Assembly (NCBI GenBank): GCA_001775095.1
Contig: MFCA01000025.1
Span: 22,994 to 86,993, forward strand
DNA: 64,000 bases
DNA from: Candidatus Curtissbacteria bacterium RIFOXYA1_FULL_41_14
GTDB taxonomy: Bacteria; Patescibacteriota; Microgenomatia; Curtissbacterales; GWA2-41-24
Reading direction: 5' to 3'
Position numbers and translations under genes: made by a program. Every line of letters starts with the position of its first letter. Position 1 is the first letter of the stretch. Under the pieces are notes generated by a model. It was not told where the DNA came from. It did not search any database and was given only the letters and a program-made list of their open reading frames with translations. Positions 18,575 through 26,285 of the stretch are shown here, one piece after another.

Positions 18575-18841
18575 TCACCTCCTAGCCTTTCCGAACACAT
18601 CTACGATTTCCTGGATTGACTCTTGTTGATCCTTACCGTGCATGGCATGGGTAACATGTTCTTCTAAATGGCCTTTTAGAATAATATTGTCGATGGCACG
18701 AAGGGCTGCTTGAACCGCCAGTGATTGTTGCAGGATATCAATGCAATATTTTTCTTCTTCAACCTGCTTAATGACGTGATCTAAATGACCTTGCGCCGAC
18801 TTTAATCTTTTTAGAGCATTTTCCTTTACATACTTTTGCAT
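18575..18841 (-). CDS. csoR: CsoR-family copper-sensing repressor
   Basis: RLKSAQGHL, YCIDILQQ, HLEEHV; heads the copper operon. Confidence 0.85.
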   Translation of the reverse strand: MQKYVKENALKRLKSAQGHLDHVIKQVEEEKYCIDILQQSLAVQAALRAIDNIILKGHLEEHVTHAMHGKDQQESIQEIVDVFGKARR

Positions 18842-18847
18842 TTCTAT

Positions 18848-18876
18848 ATCCTACCCTATTGGGGAGGGTATGTCAA
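18848..18876 (-). promoter_or_regulatory. csoR operon promoter with CsoR-type operator
   Basis: TTGACA-N17-TAGGAT-N6-ATG; TACCC-N9-GGGTA at 18852-18870. Confidence 0.85.
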
Positions 18877-18889
18877 CCCGTCTCTTTTC

Positions 18890-18982
18890 TGTCATTCCGG
18901 ACCTGATCCGGAATCTATACTTATCTGGATTCCCGCCCTTCGGTCTTGAACTCAGGGTCGAAAGACTTTCGCGGGAATGACA
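18890..18982. repeat. GTCAT-ended palindrome with a nested 30-bp hairpin unit (18936-18965)
   Basis: tgtcattcc...ggaatgaca ends; removing the insert restores ATTCCC-N8-GGGAAT. Confidence 0.9.
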
Positions 18983-19001
18983 TCTAATATATAATTCTGA
19001 C

Positions 19002-19670
19002 GTGAAGATTTATACAAAAACCGGGGATGGTGGTACCACTTCCCTGTTTGGTGCCCGAAGAGTGGATAAAAATTCGGCAAGGATTGCAGCTTATGGAGAA
19101 GTTGATGAGTTGAATTCGTTAATCGGCGTAATACTTGCAGAATTAACTCCATATCCTGACTGTCATTCTGGGGAGCGAAGCGACTCCAGAATCGATTCTG
19201 GACAAGTCCTTCGACCTCGCTCAGGACCGTTTAAGGATCGTGAGTTTAATCGAACGGCCAGAATGACAAAGCAGAAATTAATCATCAAGAAACTTTTGAG
19301 GATTCAGTCGGAACTTTTTGTTTTAGGTGCTGACTTAGCAACACCAGCTGATGTTAAAACCAAGGTGCCAAGAATCACTAAAAGATATATAACAAGACTT
19401 GAGGAAGAAATTGATTCATGGAGTGATAAATTACCCAAACTACGTAATTTTATATTGCCTGGTGGAAATAAGGTGGGATCAAAGCTTCATCTGGCAAGGT
19501 CGGTTGTCCGGCGTGCAGAAAGAGCAATTGTTGACCTTAATAGGCAAGAAAAAATTAACCAAAATGTATTAATTTACACCAACCGCCTCTCCGATTGGTT
19601 TTTTGTCGCAGCAAGATATATTAACAAACTGGAAAATATCAGGGAAAATATTTGGAAAGGCAGGGGTTAA
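19002..19670 (+). CDS. pduO: PduO-type ATP:cob(I)alamin adenosyltransferase with a 36-aa insertion
   Basis: KIYTKTGDGGTT, YGEVDELNS, FILPGG, RSVVRRAER, NRLSDWFF. Confidence 0.92.
   Translation: MKIYTKTGDGGTTSLFGARRVDKNSARIAAYGEVDELNSLIGVILAELTPYPDCHSGERSDSRIDSGQVLRPRSGPFKDREFNRTARMTKQKLIIKKLLRIQSELFVLGADLATPADVKTKVPRITKRYITRLEEEIDSWSDKLPKLRNFILPGGNKVGSKLHLARSVVRRAERAIVDLNRQEKINQNVLIYTNRLSDWFFVAARYINKLENIRENIWKGRG
19161..19268. repeat. 108-bp GTCAT-ended composite palindrome, in-frame in pduO
   Basis: Perfect TGTCATTCTGG/CCAGAATGACA ends; nested 51-bp hairpin dimer at 19207-19257. Confidence 0.92.
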
Positions 19671-19680
19671 TCGATTAGAT

Positions 19681-20280
19681 ATGGCCCTCAACAGAACCGT
19701 GCAACTTAAAAAGATTCGCGATGAAATTTGGAATCTTTCTAAATCCCCTCTTTATAATTATCGCAAGAAAAACAACTACTTTCCGGTTATCGGTGAAGGG
19801 AATCATTTCTCCAAAATTATTTTTATTGGCGAAGCGCCGGGTCAGAGGGAAGCTGAAACGGGTAGGCCTTTCTGCGGAGCGGCTGGAAAAATTTTAGATG
19901 AGCTTTTGGTATCGATTGATTTAAAACGGAAAGATGTCTATATCACTAATGTAGTTAAGGATAGACCTCCTAATAATCGTGATCCGGAGCCTGAGGAAAT
20001 TAAACTTTATTCCCCTTTTTTAGATCGGCAAATTTTAATTATTAAACCCAAAATTATTGCGACCCTGGGGCGTTTCTCAACCAAATATATTTTGGAAAAG
20101 TTTAATTTGTCCGAGAAAAACGAGTCGATCACAAACCTTCATGGCAAGGTTATCGAAGCAAAAGTACCGTTTGGCAAGACAAAAATCATCCCTCTTTATC
20201 ATCCAGCAGTCGTACTTTACAGCGCAGGCAGCAGAAAAGTACTTGAGGAAGATTTTAGAATTTTGAAGGACTTAGTATAA
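19681..20280 (+). CDS. Uracil-DNA glycosylase, family 4
   Basis: GEAPG, GRPF, TNVVKDRPPNNRDP, YHPA. Confidence 0.9.
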   Translation: MALNRTVQLKKIRDEIWNLSKSPLYNYRKKNNYFPVIGEGNHFSKIIFIGEAPGQREAETGRPFCGAAGKILDELLVSIDLKRKDVYITNVVKDRPPNNRDPEPEEIKLYSPFLDRQILIIKPKIIATLGRFSTKYILEKFNLSEKNESITNLHGKVIEAKVPFGKTKIIPLYHPAVVLYSAGSRKVLEEDFRILKDLV

Positions 20281-20287
20281 TTAAGTT

Positions 20288-20734
20288 GTGAAGTTGATAG
20301 TTATTGCTTTACTTTCTCTGGGATTTGCAAGCGTCTTGGAGTACTTAGGGGCTTTCGTGATAAGCCCACCTTTATGTGGTATGTTCAACCTAGATGATGG
20401 CCTTGAATGTCTTCCACTGTATTTCTGGATTGCACTGCTACTTCTCCTGCTTGGATTATCTTTAGGTTTTGTGATTGGCAACTATCTTGTAAGCAAAGAG
20501 AGATTAACTTTTAACTTGAAAAATTTTTACCTATCATTAATTACTGGCAGTCTAACGATACTTATCGACGGTTTGATAATTGCTGGAGTGATTAATATTG
20601 CTAATAGCCGCTTTTTCGGAATGCGTGGGGTGCCTAGTCACCTAGACGGTCCCGGTTTTGTTTTACTTGGTGGACTTAGTTTTCTTTTCTGGTTATGGAT
20701 TACGACAAAACTAAAGCAAAAATTTTTGGCCTAA
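20288..20734 (+). CDS. Hypothetical four-TM protein
   Basis: Hydrophobic ORF 7 nt after the UDG stop. Confidence 0.6.
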   Translation: MKLIVIALLSLGFASVLEYLGAFVISPPLCGMFNLDDGLECLPLYFWIALLLLLLGLSLGFVIGNYLVSKERLTFNLKNFYLSLITGSLTILIDGLIIAGVINIANSRFFGMRGVPSHLDGPGFVLLGGLSFLFWLWITTKLKQKFLA

Positions 20735-20770
20735 ATTGATTTTTAGCTGCACTTGCTCCAGCCGCAGGAG

Positions 20771-21001
20771 TTAAACTGAGTGAGAAATCCTCCCCCGATA
20801 TGTTGGGAGTGTAAAAGTCACCGAATCTAAATTTTTCTTTGAGAGCTTTTTGGAAGCGTCGAGAACTTCGATTCCAATTAGTTCTCTGCCTGCATAATCC
20901 ACAATAAGATCAGCACTCACCTCTTCTGTTCGAGTACTTTTCTTTTTATCCGAAAGATAAATATACATGGCATCTGCCACCGGATCATATGTGATTTTCA
21001 T
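20771..21001 (-). CDS. DUF2283 putative antitoxin
   Basis: MKITYDPVADAMYI...IGIEVLDASK. Confidence 0.88.
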   Translation of the reverse strand: MKITYDPVADAMYIYLSDKKKSTRTEEVSADLIVDYAGRELIGIEVLDASKKLSKKNLDSVTFTLPTYRGRISHSV

Positions 21002-21013
21002 AGTCAGTCTATT

Positions 21014-21250
21014 TTACTTTTCTGACCTTTTTTTCGCAAGCCAGTACAGAGTTACCACTACTAACTGTTTTTCTTCTTCGGATATTATTAATTTCAGGTA
21101 ATTTTTGCCGAAATTTTTTAAATAGATTTTTTTGTCTTCTCTTGCTGGCAATATTTTATCCGGGTTTTTAGCACATTCGTCCGCTAACTCTTTTTTAAGC
21201 TTGCGTTGTGCAAGCATTTCCAGAGCATGTTTTGTGTAAATAATAGTCAC
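21014..21250 (-). CDS. DUF4258 putative RNase toxin
   Basis: YTKHALEMLAQR...NPD...VVTLY; GTG start just after the nrdJ stop. Confidence 0.8.
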   Translation of the reverse strand: MTIIYTKHALEMLAQRKLKKELADECAKNPDKILPAREDKKIYLKNFGKNYLKLIISEEEKQLVVVTLYWLAKKRSEK

Positions 21251-21254
21251 GTAC

Positions 21255-24080
21255 CTAGCTGCATTTGCTCCAGCCGCAGGAGGGATTGATGCATTGACGG
21301 CAGCCTTCGGCAAAGACAACCGGGCTTGCGCAATCTGGGCAAACTACAAATTTATTTTCAATTATTTTTTCCTGATGAATGCTACTTACCGAACCGGTGT
21401 CGATTTGGTACTTACCCCCGACTGGGATATTCATCTGGGTACTTTTGGTGTTTCCCTTTGTTAAACCATTACCACTTCCTGTTTGACCGTTGGTATAAGC
21501 TGATTTGGCCGGGTAGTTTGTATGGCCGTTGGTTAAGGGAGTTTTTACAATGGATTCGATTGGTTCGTCTTGCCCAACTACTGGAAGGGTAAGTTGTTTG
21601 GCTTTGGCAATCTCCAATAAGGATTTACCGACGGCATCAAAGGCGGAAAGGACGCTGTCCGGTCCGATACCATAGGGCGTACCACAGGATATCCCGACTA
21701 GGTCTGTAGCAACCTCCTCCAAGCTCGCACCATATTTCAGGGCGCGGGATGCCAATCTGCCTGTAACTTCAGCGGCACCAGCCACATAACCGCCTGTTTT
21801 ACCGATAGTTACAAAAACCTCAACCGGCATACCTTCAGCATCCCGAAATACGGATGTATAAACATATCCAACATCAGCTTTCTTGCGAACTCTCATTCCC
21901 ACAGCTTCAGTTGGGGTCGACTTTTTTCTAGGAATTTGTGGTTGTGGTTCTTGGTAAATACGTTTACCGGTAAGCTGGTCATAATAAGAGTTATCTTTTT
22001 TAACCTCCAGGACTTGCTTAATTCTTGAACCGTCGCGATAAATTGTAGTCATGCGGCAACCAAGTTCGTATGTCAGCCAATAAGCTTGCCGGACATCTTC
22101 GACAGTCGCTTCATTTGGAAAATTGATTGTTTTGGAAATTCCGTTGTCAGTGTATTTCTGGAAAGCTGCTTCCATACGGATATGATCAGCAGGAGAAATA
22201 TCTTGGGCAACTACAAAAACCCTTGTCAGATCCTGAGGTATCTCACCTAAATTCTGAATTGAACCACGATTCTCTTCAATCTTGGAAAGTAATTGGTCGG
22301 AATCAATCCCCTTATTTTTCAAGGCCCCTAAAAAGTAGGAGTTAGTATTAAAAAGTCTTTTACCCTCGATGGTATTTTTGGCAAATGTCAGCGCAAAATA
22401 CGGTTCAATACCGCTGGAACAATCAGCAAGCAGGGAAATTGTGCCGGTTGGAGCGATAGTTGTTCTGGCAGCATTTCTTGGATGAATTTTACCTGGTTGG
22501 TTGTAGATAGAATCTTTGAAGGATGGAAATACCCCGCGAACCTTTGCTAGGTTCACACTGGCATTGTCTGCTTCATCTTGAATGAACTTCATGACTTTTT
22601 CTGCCAAGGAGAAAGCTTCAAAAGTGTTATAGCCAATACCAAGTTTGGCCAGCATATCTGCCCAGCCCATAACTCCAAGGCCGATTCTTCTGATTTTTGA
22701 GGTCATCTGGTCAATTTCCGCAACCGGATATTCGTTCATATCAAGAACGTTATCCAAAAAGTGAACTGCCTTGTGGATTGTTTGTTTTAACTCTTGCCAG
22801 TCGATTCTTTCTTCGACCGGTTCATCATATTGAGCGGAAGCCCTTCGACTTTGCTCAGGATCTTCGACCCTTCGACTTTGCTCAGGATCTTCGACCCTTC
22901 GACTTTGCTCAGTGTCTTCGACTTCGTCTTTAACGAACTTGGAGAGATTAACAGAGCCTAAAGTACAGGCATCATATGGGAGAAGCGGCTGTTCTGCACA
23001 GGGATTGGTAGCTTCGATTTGGCCAAGTTTTGGAGTTGGATTAGCCCGGGAATCGTTGATTCTATCAATTAAAACCACTCCCGGATCTCCGTACTGCCAG
23101 GCAAGTCTGGTTATTAAATCAAAGACTCTTTTGGCATTGAGTTTGTCAGTAACTTCACCGGTCCGAGGATTAACAAGGTTGTATCCTTCCCCTTTATGTT
23201 TAGCACGACAAGCTTCATATAACTTTCTAACTGCTTCTTCAACGCGAACATTTTTAAGATCAAGGTCGCGAATTGTGTATGCTTCTCTTATTTCTTCTAT
23301 AATCTCGTTAATTTCCAACTCGCCATCCGCACCTCGACTACGCTCGGTGTCTTCGACAAACTTGGCATCTTTTTTGACTTTTTCCATAAATTCCTCAGTT
23401 ATACTTATGGAGATATTAAAGTTAGTTAGCGAAAACTCATCGACTTTGTGAACTGCAAAACGCAAAATATCAGGGTGTGTATAGTGAAGGATTCCCATAT
23501 TAGCACCGCGGCGAACTCCACCCTGTCTTATTTGCGAAGTTACGTCGTTATAGGCTTGCAAAAAAGCAACTGGACCGGTTGATTTGCCCTTTGAGGTACC
23601 AATAATATCGTCTTTTGGACGGAGCTTGGAAAAAGAAAAGCCTGTCCCACCGCCCATTTTATGAATCATTGCCATATCCCGCATCGTTCTGAGAATTGAT
23701 TCCATATCATCCTCAATAGGTAAGACAAAACAAGCTGAAAGCGATTGGCCGGTTTTACCGGAGTTGACTAAAGTCGGAGTATTGGGAATAAATCTCTGGG
23801 AAGCCATAAGTTTGTAAAATTCTTTGGCTGTCTTTTTGTGGATATTGCCTTCGTAAATTCTGTCGGCAGCGGCAATATAGTAGGCAACACGCCAGAAAAG
23901 TTTTTTTGGAGTTTCTACCGGTTCCCCTTTCTCGTTACGGAAAGAGTAACGGGTTTGGGCAATATAGGCAGCATTTTCGGATAGAGTCGGTTCAAATAAA
24001 TCTTTCGGGACAGCCGGAATCTTTCTGCCTATTGCGCGAACATCTTCTCTTGTGAATTTCTTCTTTAACACTTTTTTCAT
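21255..24080 (-). CDS. nrdJ: Adenosylcobalamin-dependent (class II) ribonucleotide reductase
   Basis: PNTPTL, SACFV, RRGANMG, TNPCAEQPL, RRIGLGVMG, TIAPTGT, TSCPD-like domain and C-terminal CPDC...CGWSKC. Confidence 0.95.
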   Translation of the reverse strand: MKKVLKKKFTREDVRAIGRKIPAVPKDLFEPTLSENAAYIAQTRYSFRNEKGEPVETPKKLFWRVAYYIAAADRIYEGNIHKKTAKEFYKLMASQRFIPNTPTLVNSGKTGQSLSACFVLPIEDDMESILRTMRDMAMIHKMGGGTGFSFSKLRPKDDIIGTSKGKSTGPVAFLQAYNDVTSQIRQGGVRRGANMGILHYTHPDILRFAVHKVDEFSLTNFNISISITEEFMEKVKKDAKFVEDTERSRGADGELEINEIIEEIREAYTIRDLDLKNVRVEEAVRKLYEACRAKHKGEGYNLVNPRTGEVTDKLNAKRVFDLITRLAWQYGDPGVVLIDRINDSRANPTPKLGQIEATNPCAEQPLLPYDACTLGSVNLSKFVKDEVEDTEQSRRVEDPEQSRRVEDPEQSRRASAQYDEPVEERIDWQELKQTIHKAVHFLDNVLDMNEYPVAEIDQMTSKIRRIGLGVMGWADMLAKLGIGYNTFEAFSLAEKVMKFIQDEADNASVNLAKVRGVFPSFKDSIYNQPGKIHPRNAARTTIAPTGTISLLADCSSGIEPYFALTFAKNTIEGKRLFNTNSYFLGALKNKGIDSDQLLSKIEENRGSIQNLGEIPQDLTRVFVVAQDISPADHIRMEAAFQKYTDNGISKTINFPNEATVEDVRQAYWLTYELGCRMTTIYRDGSRIKQVLEVKKDNSYYDQLTGKRIYQEPQPQIPRKKSTPTEAVGMRVRKKADVGYVYTSVFRDAEGMPVEVFVTIGKTGGYVAGAAEVTGRLASRALKYGASLEEVATDLVGISCGTPYGIGPDSVLSAFDAVGKSLLEIAKAKQLTLPVVGQDEPIESIVKTPLTNGHTNYPAKSAYTNGQTGSGNGLTKGNTKSTQMNIPVGGKYQIDTGSVSSIHQEKIIENKFVVCPDCASPVVFAEGCRQCINPSCGWSKCS
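22841..22921. repeat. 3 x 27-bp hairpin-unit tandem, in-frame in nrdJ (VEDPEQSRR)
   Basis: cccttcgactttgctcaggatcttcga twice plus one variant. Confidence 0.95.
23330..23356. repeat. Single 27-bp hairpin unit, in-frame in nrdJ (VEDTERSRG)
   Basis: cacc-tcgactacgctc-ggtg-tcttcga. Confidence 0.88.
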
Positions 24081-24541
24081 TTATTTTTTAATCCTTTCGA
24101 TAGCTTGGAAAGCTCTTTTTCAAAATCAGACAGATCAGCAAATTGTCTATAGACACTGGCAAAGCGAATATAAGAAATCTCATCTAATTTCTTGAGTCTT
24201 TTAATAACCATTTCTCCGATTTTCTTACTTAAAATCTCGCTAGCGTTAATCTTTCGCAGTTCAGCTTCTGACTCGTCGACAATTTTTTCAATATCCCCGG
24301 CAGAAACGGGTCTCTTTTCGCATGATTTTATAATGCCGCCCCTCAACTTTGCCCTATCAAAGATTTCTCTTCTGCCGTCTTTTTTAATAACCAAAAGATC
24401 CAGAGTCTCAATTTTTTCAAATGTAGTAAACCGACGACCACATTTCAGACATTCACGTCTGCGCCTGATTGTTTTGACATCATTGCCTTCTCTTTTATCG
24501 ACAACACGAGTCTTTCTGTGCTCACAAAAAGGACAAATCAC
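24077..24541 (-). CDS. nrdR: Transcriptional repressor NrdR
   Basis: CPFC, RRRRECLKCGRRFTTFE, ATP cone, YIRFASVY. Confidence 0.97.
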   Translation of the reverse strand: MICPFCEHRKTRVVDKREGNDVKTIRRRRECLKCGRRFTTFEKIETLDLLVIKKDGRREIFDRAKLRGGIIKSCEKRPVSAGDIEKIVDESEAELRKINASEILSKKIGEMVIKRLKKLDEISYIRFASVYRQFADLSDFEKELSKLSKGLKNK

Positions 24542-24631
24542 ACTACTTCCCTCACAAAATTATTCACTGCCCTGTACTTGAAAATCTTTGCCCTTAGCTG
24601 CAGGTTTCAATGTTTCACGAAATTGCTAAAG

Positions 24632-24686
24632 GCACAATATATTGTGGTCTAATTCCAGATTAGACACTACATCTACGATTTGTCAA
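24632..24686 (-). promoter_or_regulatory. Tandem NrdR boxes over the nrdR-nrdJ promoter
   Basis: gcacaatatattgtgg (24632-24647) and acactacatctacgat (24664-24679), 32 bp apart; TTGACA at 24686-24681. Confidence 0.85.
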
Positions 24687-24704
24687 GACCCTAAAAATAT
24701 TAAA

Positions 24705-24732
24705 TTCCAATTTCCAAATTCCAATTTCCAAT
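24705..24732. repeat. Four heptamer repeats (TTCCAAT)
   Basis: ttccaat ttccaaa ttccaat ttccaat. Confidence 0.75.
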
Positions 24733-24786
24733 GAAGAATAAGACAAGTATAAACCGAAGGAAACCCGAAGTCAAGAAGGTCGAAGC

Positions 24787-25089
24787 TTAATTAATAAACC
24801 CAAGAAGCTCCTTTGAGTCCTGGGACATTTTTGAAGGATTCCAGGGAGGATCAAATGTTAATTCGACTAAAACAGCAGAGACCCCCTTAAGGGCTCGAAC
24901 CTTGTCTGTGATATCTTTTATGAAGAATGAGCCCATCGGGCATCCAGAAGTGGTAACGGTCATTAAGACATTGACTCTGCTGCCTTCGATATTGACAGCG
25001 TATATTAGGCCCAAATCAACAATATTGATACCCAATTCGGGATCGATACACTGCTTTAATTTCTTAATTACCTCTTCTTGAGTAATCAT
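24787..25089 (-). CDS. DUF59/SufT-like Fe-S assembly protein
   Basis: IDPELGINIVDLGLIY, TTSGCP, FDPPW. Confidence 0.9.
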   Translation of the reverse strand: MITQEEVIKKLKQCIDPELGINIVDLGLIYAVNIEGSRVNVLMTVTTSGCPMGSFFIKDITDKVRALKGVSAVLVELTFDPPWNPSKMSQDSKELLGFIN

Positions 25090-25236
25090 TTTAACCTTAA
25101 ATTCATTATACGGCTTATCCCCAGTCAATGATAGTTTGACAAATTATATTTGACTTCTTAAGAAATATTGATCTATTCTAACATAGAGTGGAGCTCTCTT
25201 TCGTTAAAACTTTGGAGGGCGAGGGAGGTGATTGTA

Positions 25237-25638
25237 ATGGACCAAAAAAAGGTTGTTAATTTTTTAAGCTTTTGGGTAGCAAATACGGTAGTTCTGCTTT
25301 TAGGCTCGGTCGTTTTGAAAAGTAATGTAGTTTTGGGAAATGATAAACTTTCGGCTCCCCTGGCCGCCATTATTTCGGGTCTTATTCTGACTGGCCTAAT
25401 CTACTTGGTTCCTGAGGTTGTTAAAAGAAGCGGTTATAAAATAAAGGACCAGAATATCTGGGTCGCAGCATATTTTATAGCCAATGTGGCCATCATCTGG
25501 ATTATTAAAAGGCTGGCGATAATAACTGCTTTTGGGATTTCAAGTATTTTTTGGGTACTGGTTGTGGCTTTAGTTGTCACGCTCGTTGAATTGGGCGTTG
25601 CCAAAATTACGGGAGCGATGAAATTGGCCAAAAAGTAG
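25237..25638 (+). CDS. Four-TM hypothetical protein
   Basis: GGGAGGTGA SD before MDQKK; hydrophobic. Confidence 0.75.
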   Translation: MDQKKVVNFLSFWVANTVVLLLGSVVLKSNVVLGNDKLSAPLAAIISGLILTGLIYLVPEVVKRSGYKIKDQNIWVAAYFIANVAIIWIIKRLAIITAFGISSIFWVLVVALVVTLVELGVAKITGAMKLAKK

Positions 25639-25698
25639 AAATTAGGACACTGGGAATTAAATTTGCTCAAGTACAAATTTTTTACTCGATAGCTTCTT

Positions 25699-26262
25699 GT
25701 GAACAATTTTGACAAAAAAACACTCAGAGATATTTTTCTTTCCAAGAGACTTGCGCTTTCCAAAAAATTTATTGCCCAAACAAGCCGGAACATAACAGAC
25801 AAAATTCTTTCTGTTGGTAAGATTGCAGACAGTCAGCTTTTCTCCATATATTTACCAATCAAAAATGAGGTTGAAACTAAATTAATTATTGACTCTCTTA
25901 ATCTACGGGACGCCAAAATCTTGGTACCTGCCTATTCTACAAAGATTAAAGACTACGTATTTAGCAAATTTGGAAATTGGCAAAGTTTGGAAAAAGGACC
26001 AAGGGGAATTCTCCAGCCAAGAATCATTGAGCCTGTCGATCCATCACTTGTTGACGTGGCTATTTTGCCCGGACTGGCATTTTCCAAAAGGGGCGTAAGA
26101 CTTGGGTACGGTAAGGGAGTTTTTGATAGACTATTTTCCAATTCAAAAGCTATTAGAATTGGGCTTGCCTATGACTTCCAGATTGTCGATAAAATTCCCC
26201 AAGAAGAACATGATCTGGTGATGGACATTATAATCACGGAAAAAAGAGTTCTTCGTTCATAG
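25699..26262 (+). CDS. 5-formyltetrahydrofolate cyclo-ligase
   Basis: PGLAF...RLGYGKGVFDR, HDLVMD. Confidence 0.92.
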   Translation: MNNFDKKTLRDIFLSKRLALSKKFIAQTSRNITDKILSVGKIADSQLFSIYLPIKNEVETKLIIDSLNLRDAKILVPAYSTKIKDYVFSKFGNWQSLEKGPRGILQPRIIEPVDPSLVDVAILPGLAFSKRGVRLGYGKGVFDRLFSNSKAIRIGLAYDFQIVDKIPQEEHDLVMDIIITEKRVLRS

Positions 26263-26285
26263 TTCACAGTTCATAGTTCATGGTT
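26255..26285. repeat. Heptamer repeats (GTTCATA) between convergent genes
   Basis: gttcata gttcaca gttcata gttcatg gtt; contains the upstream TAG stop. Confidence 0.8.

Larger units (their letters stand above)
20744..21282 (-). mobile_element. Toxin-antitoxin cassette bounded by a 27-bp direct repeat of the nrdJ 3' end
   Basis: 20744-20770 vs 21256-21282, 26/27 identical. Confidence 0.85.

Noticed and set aside
22841-22921. 27-bp repeats (also 48091-48171) as CRISPR arrays
   Set aside because: Units are contiguous with no spacers, lie in-frame in genes, and there are no cas genes.
23170-23370. Intein in NrdJ
   Set aside because: The insertion is short and lacks the N-terminal Cys/Ser and C-terminal His-Asn splice motifs.
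22912-23451. Long antisense ORFs (also 24192-24581, 47025-47453, 53897-54310, 61736-62783)
   Set aside because: Shadows of well-supported genes on the other strand, with no motifs.
25639-25698. 6S RNA upstream of the 5-formyl-THF cyclo-ligase gene
   Set aside because: Only 60 nt of intergenic space and no rod-like pairing.
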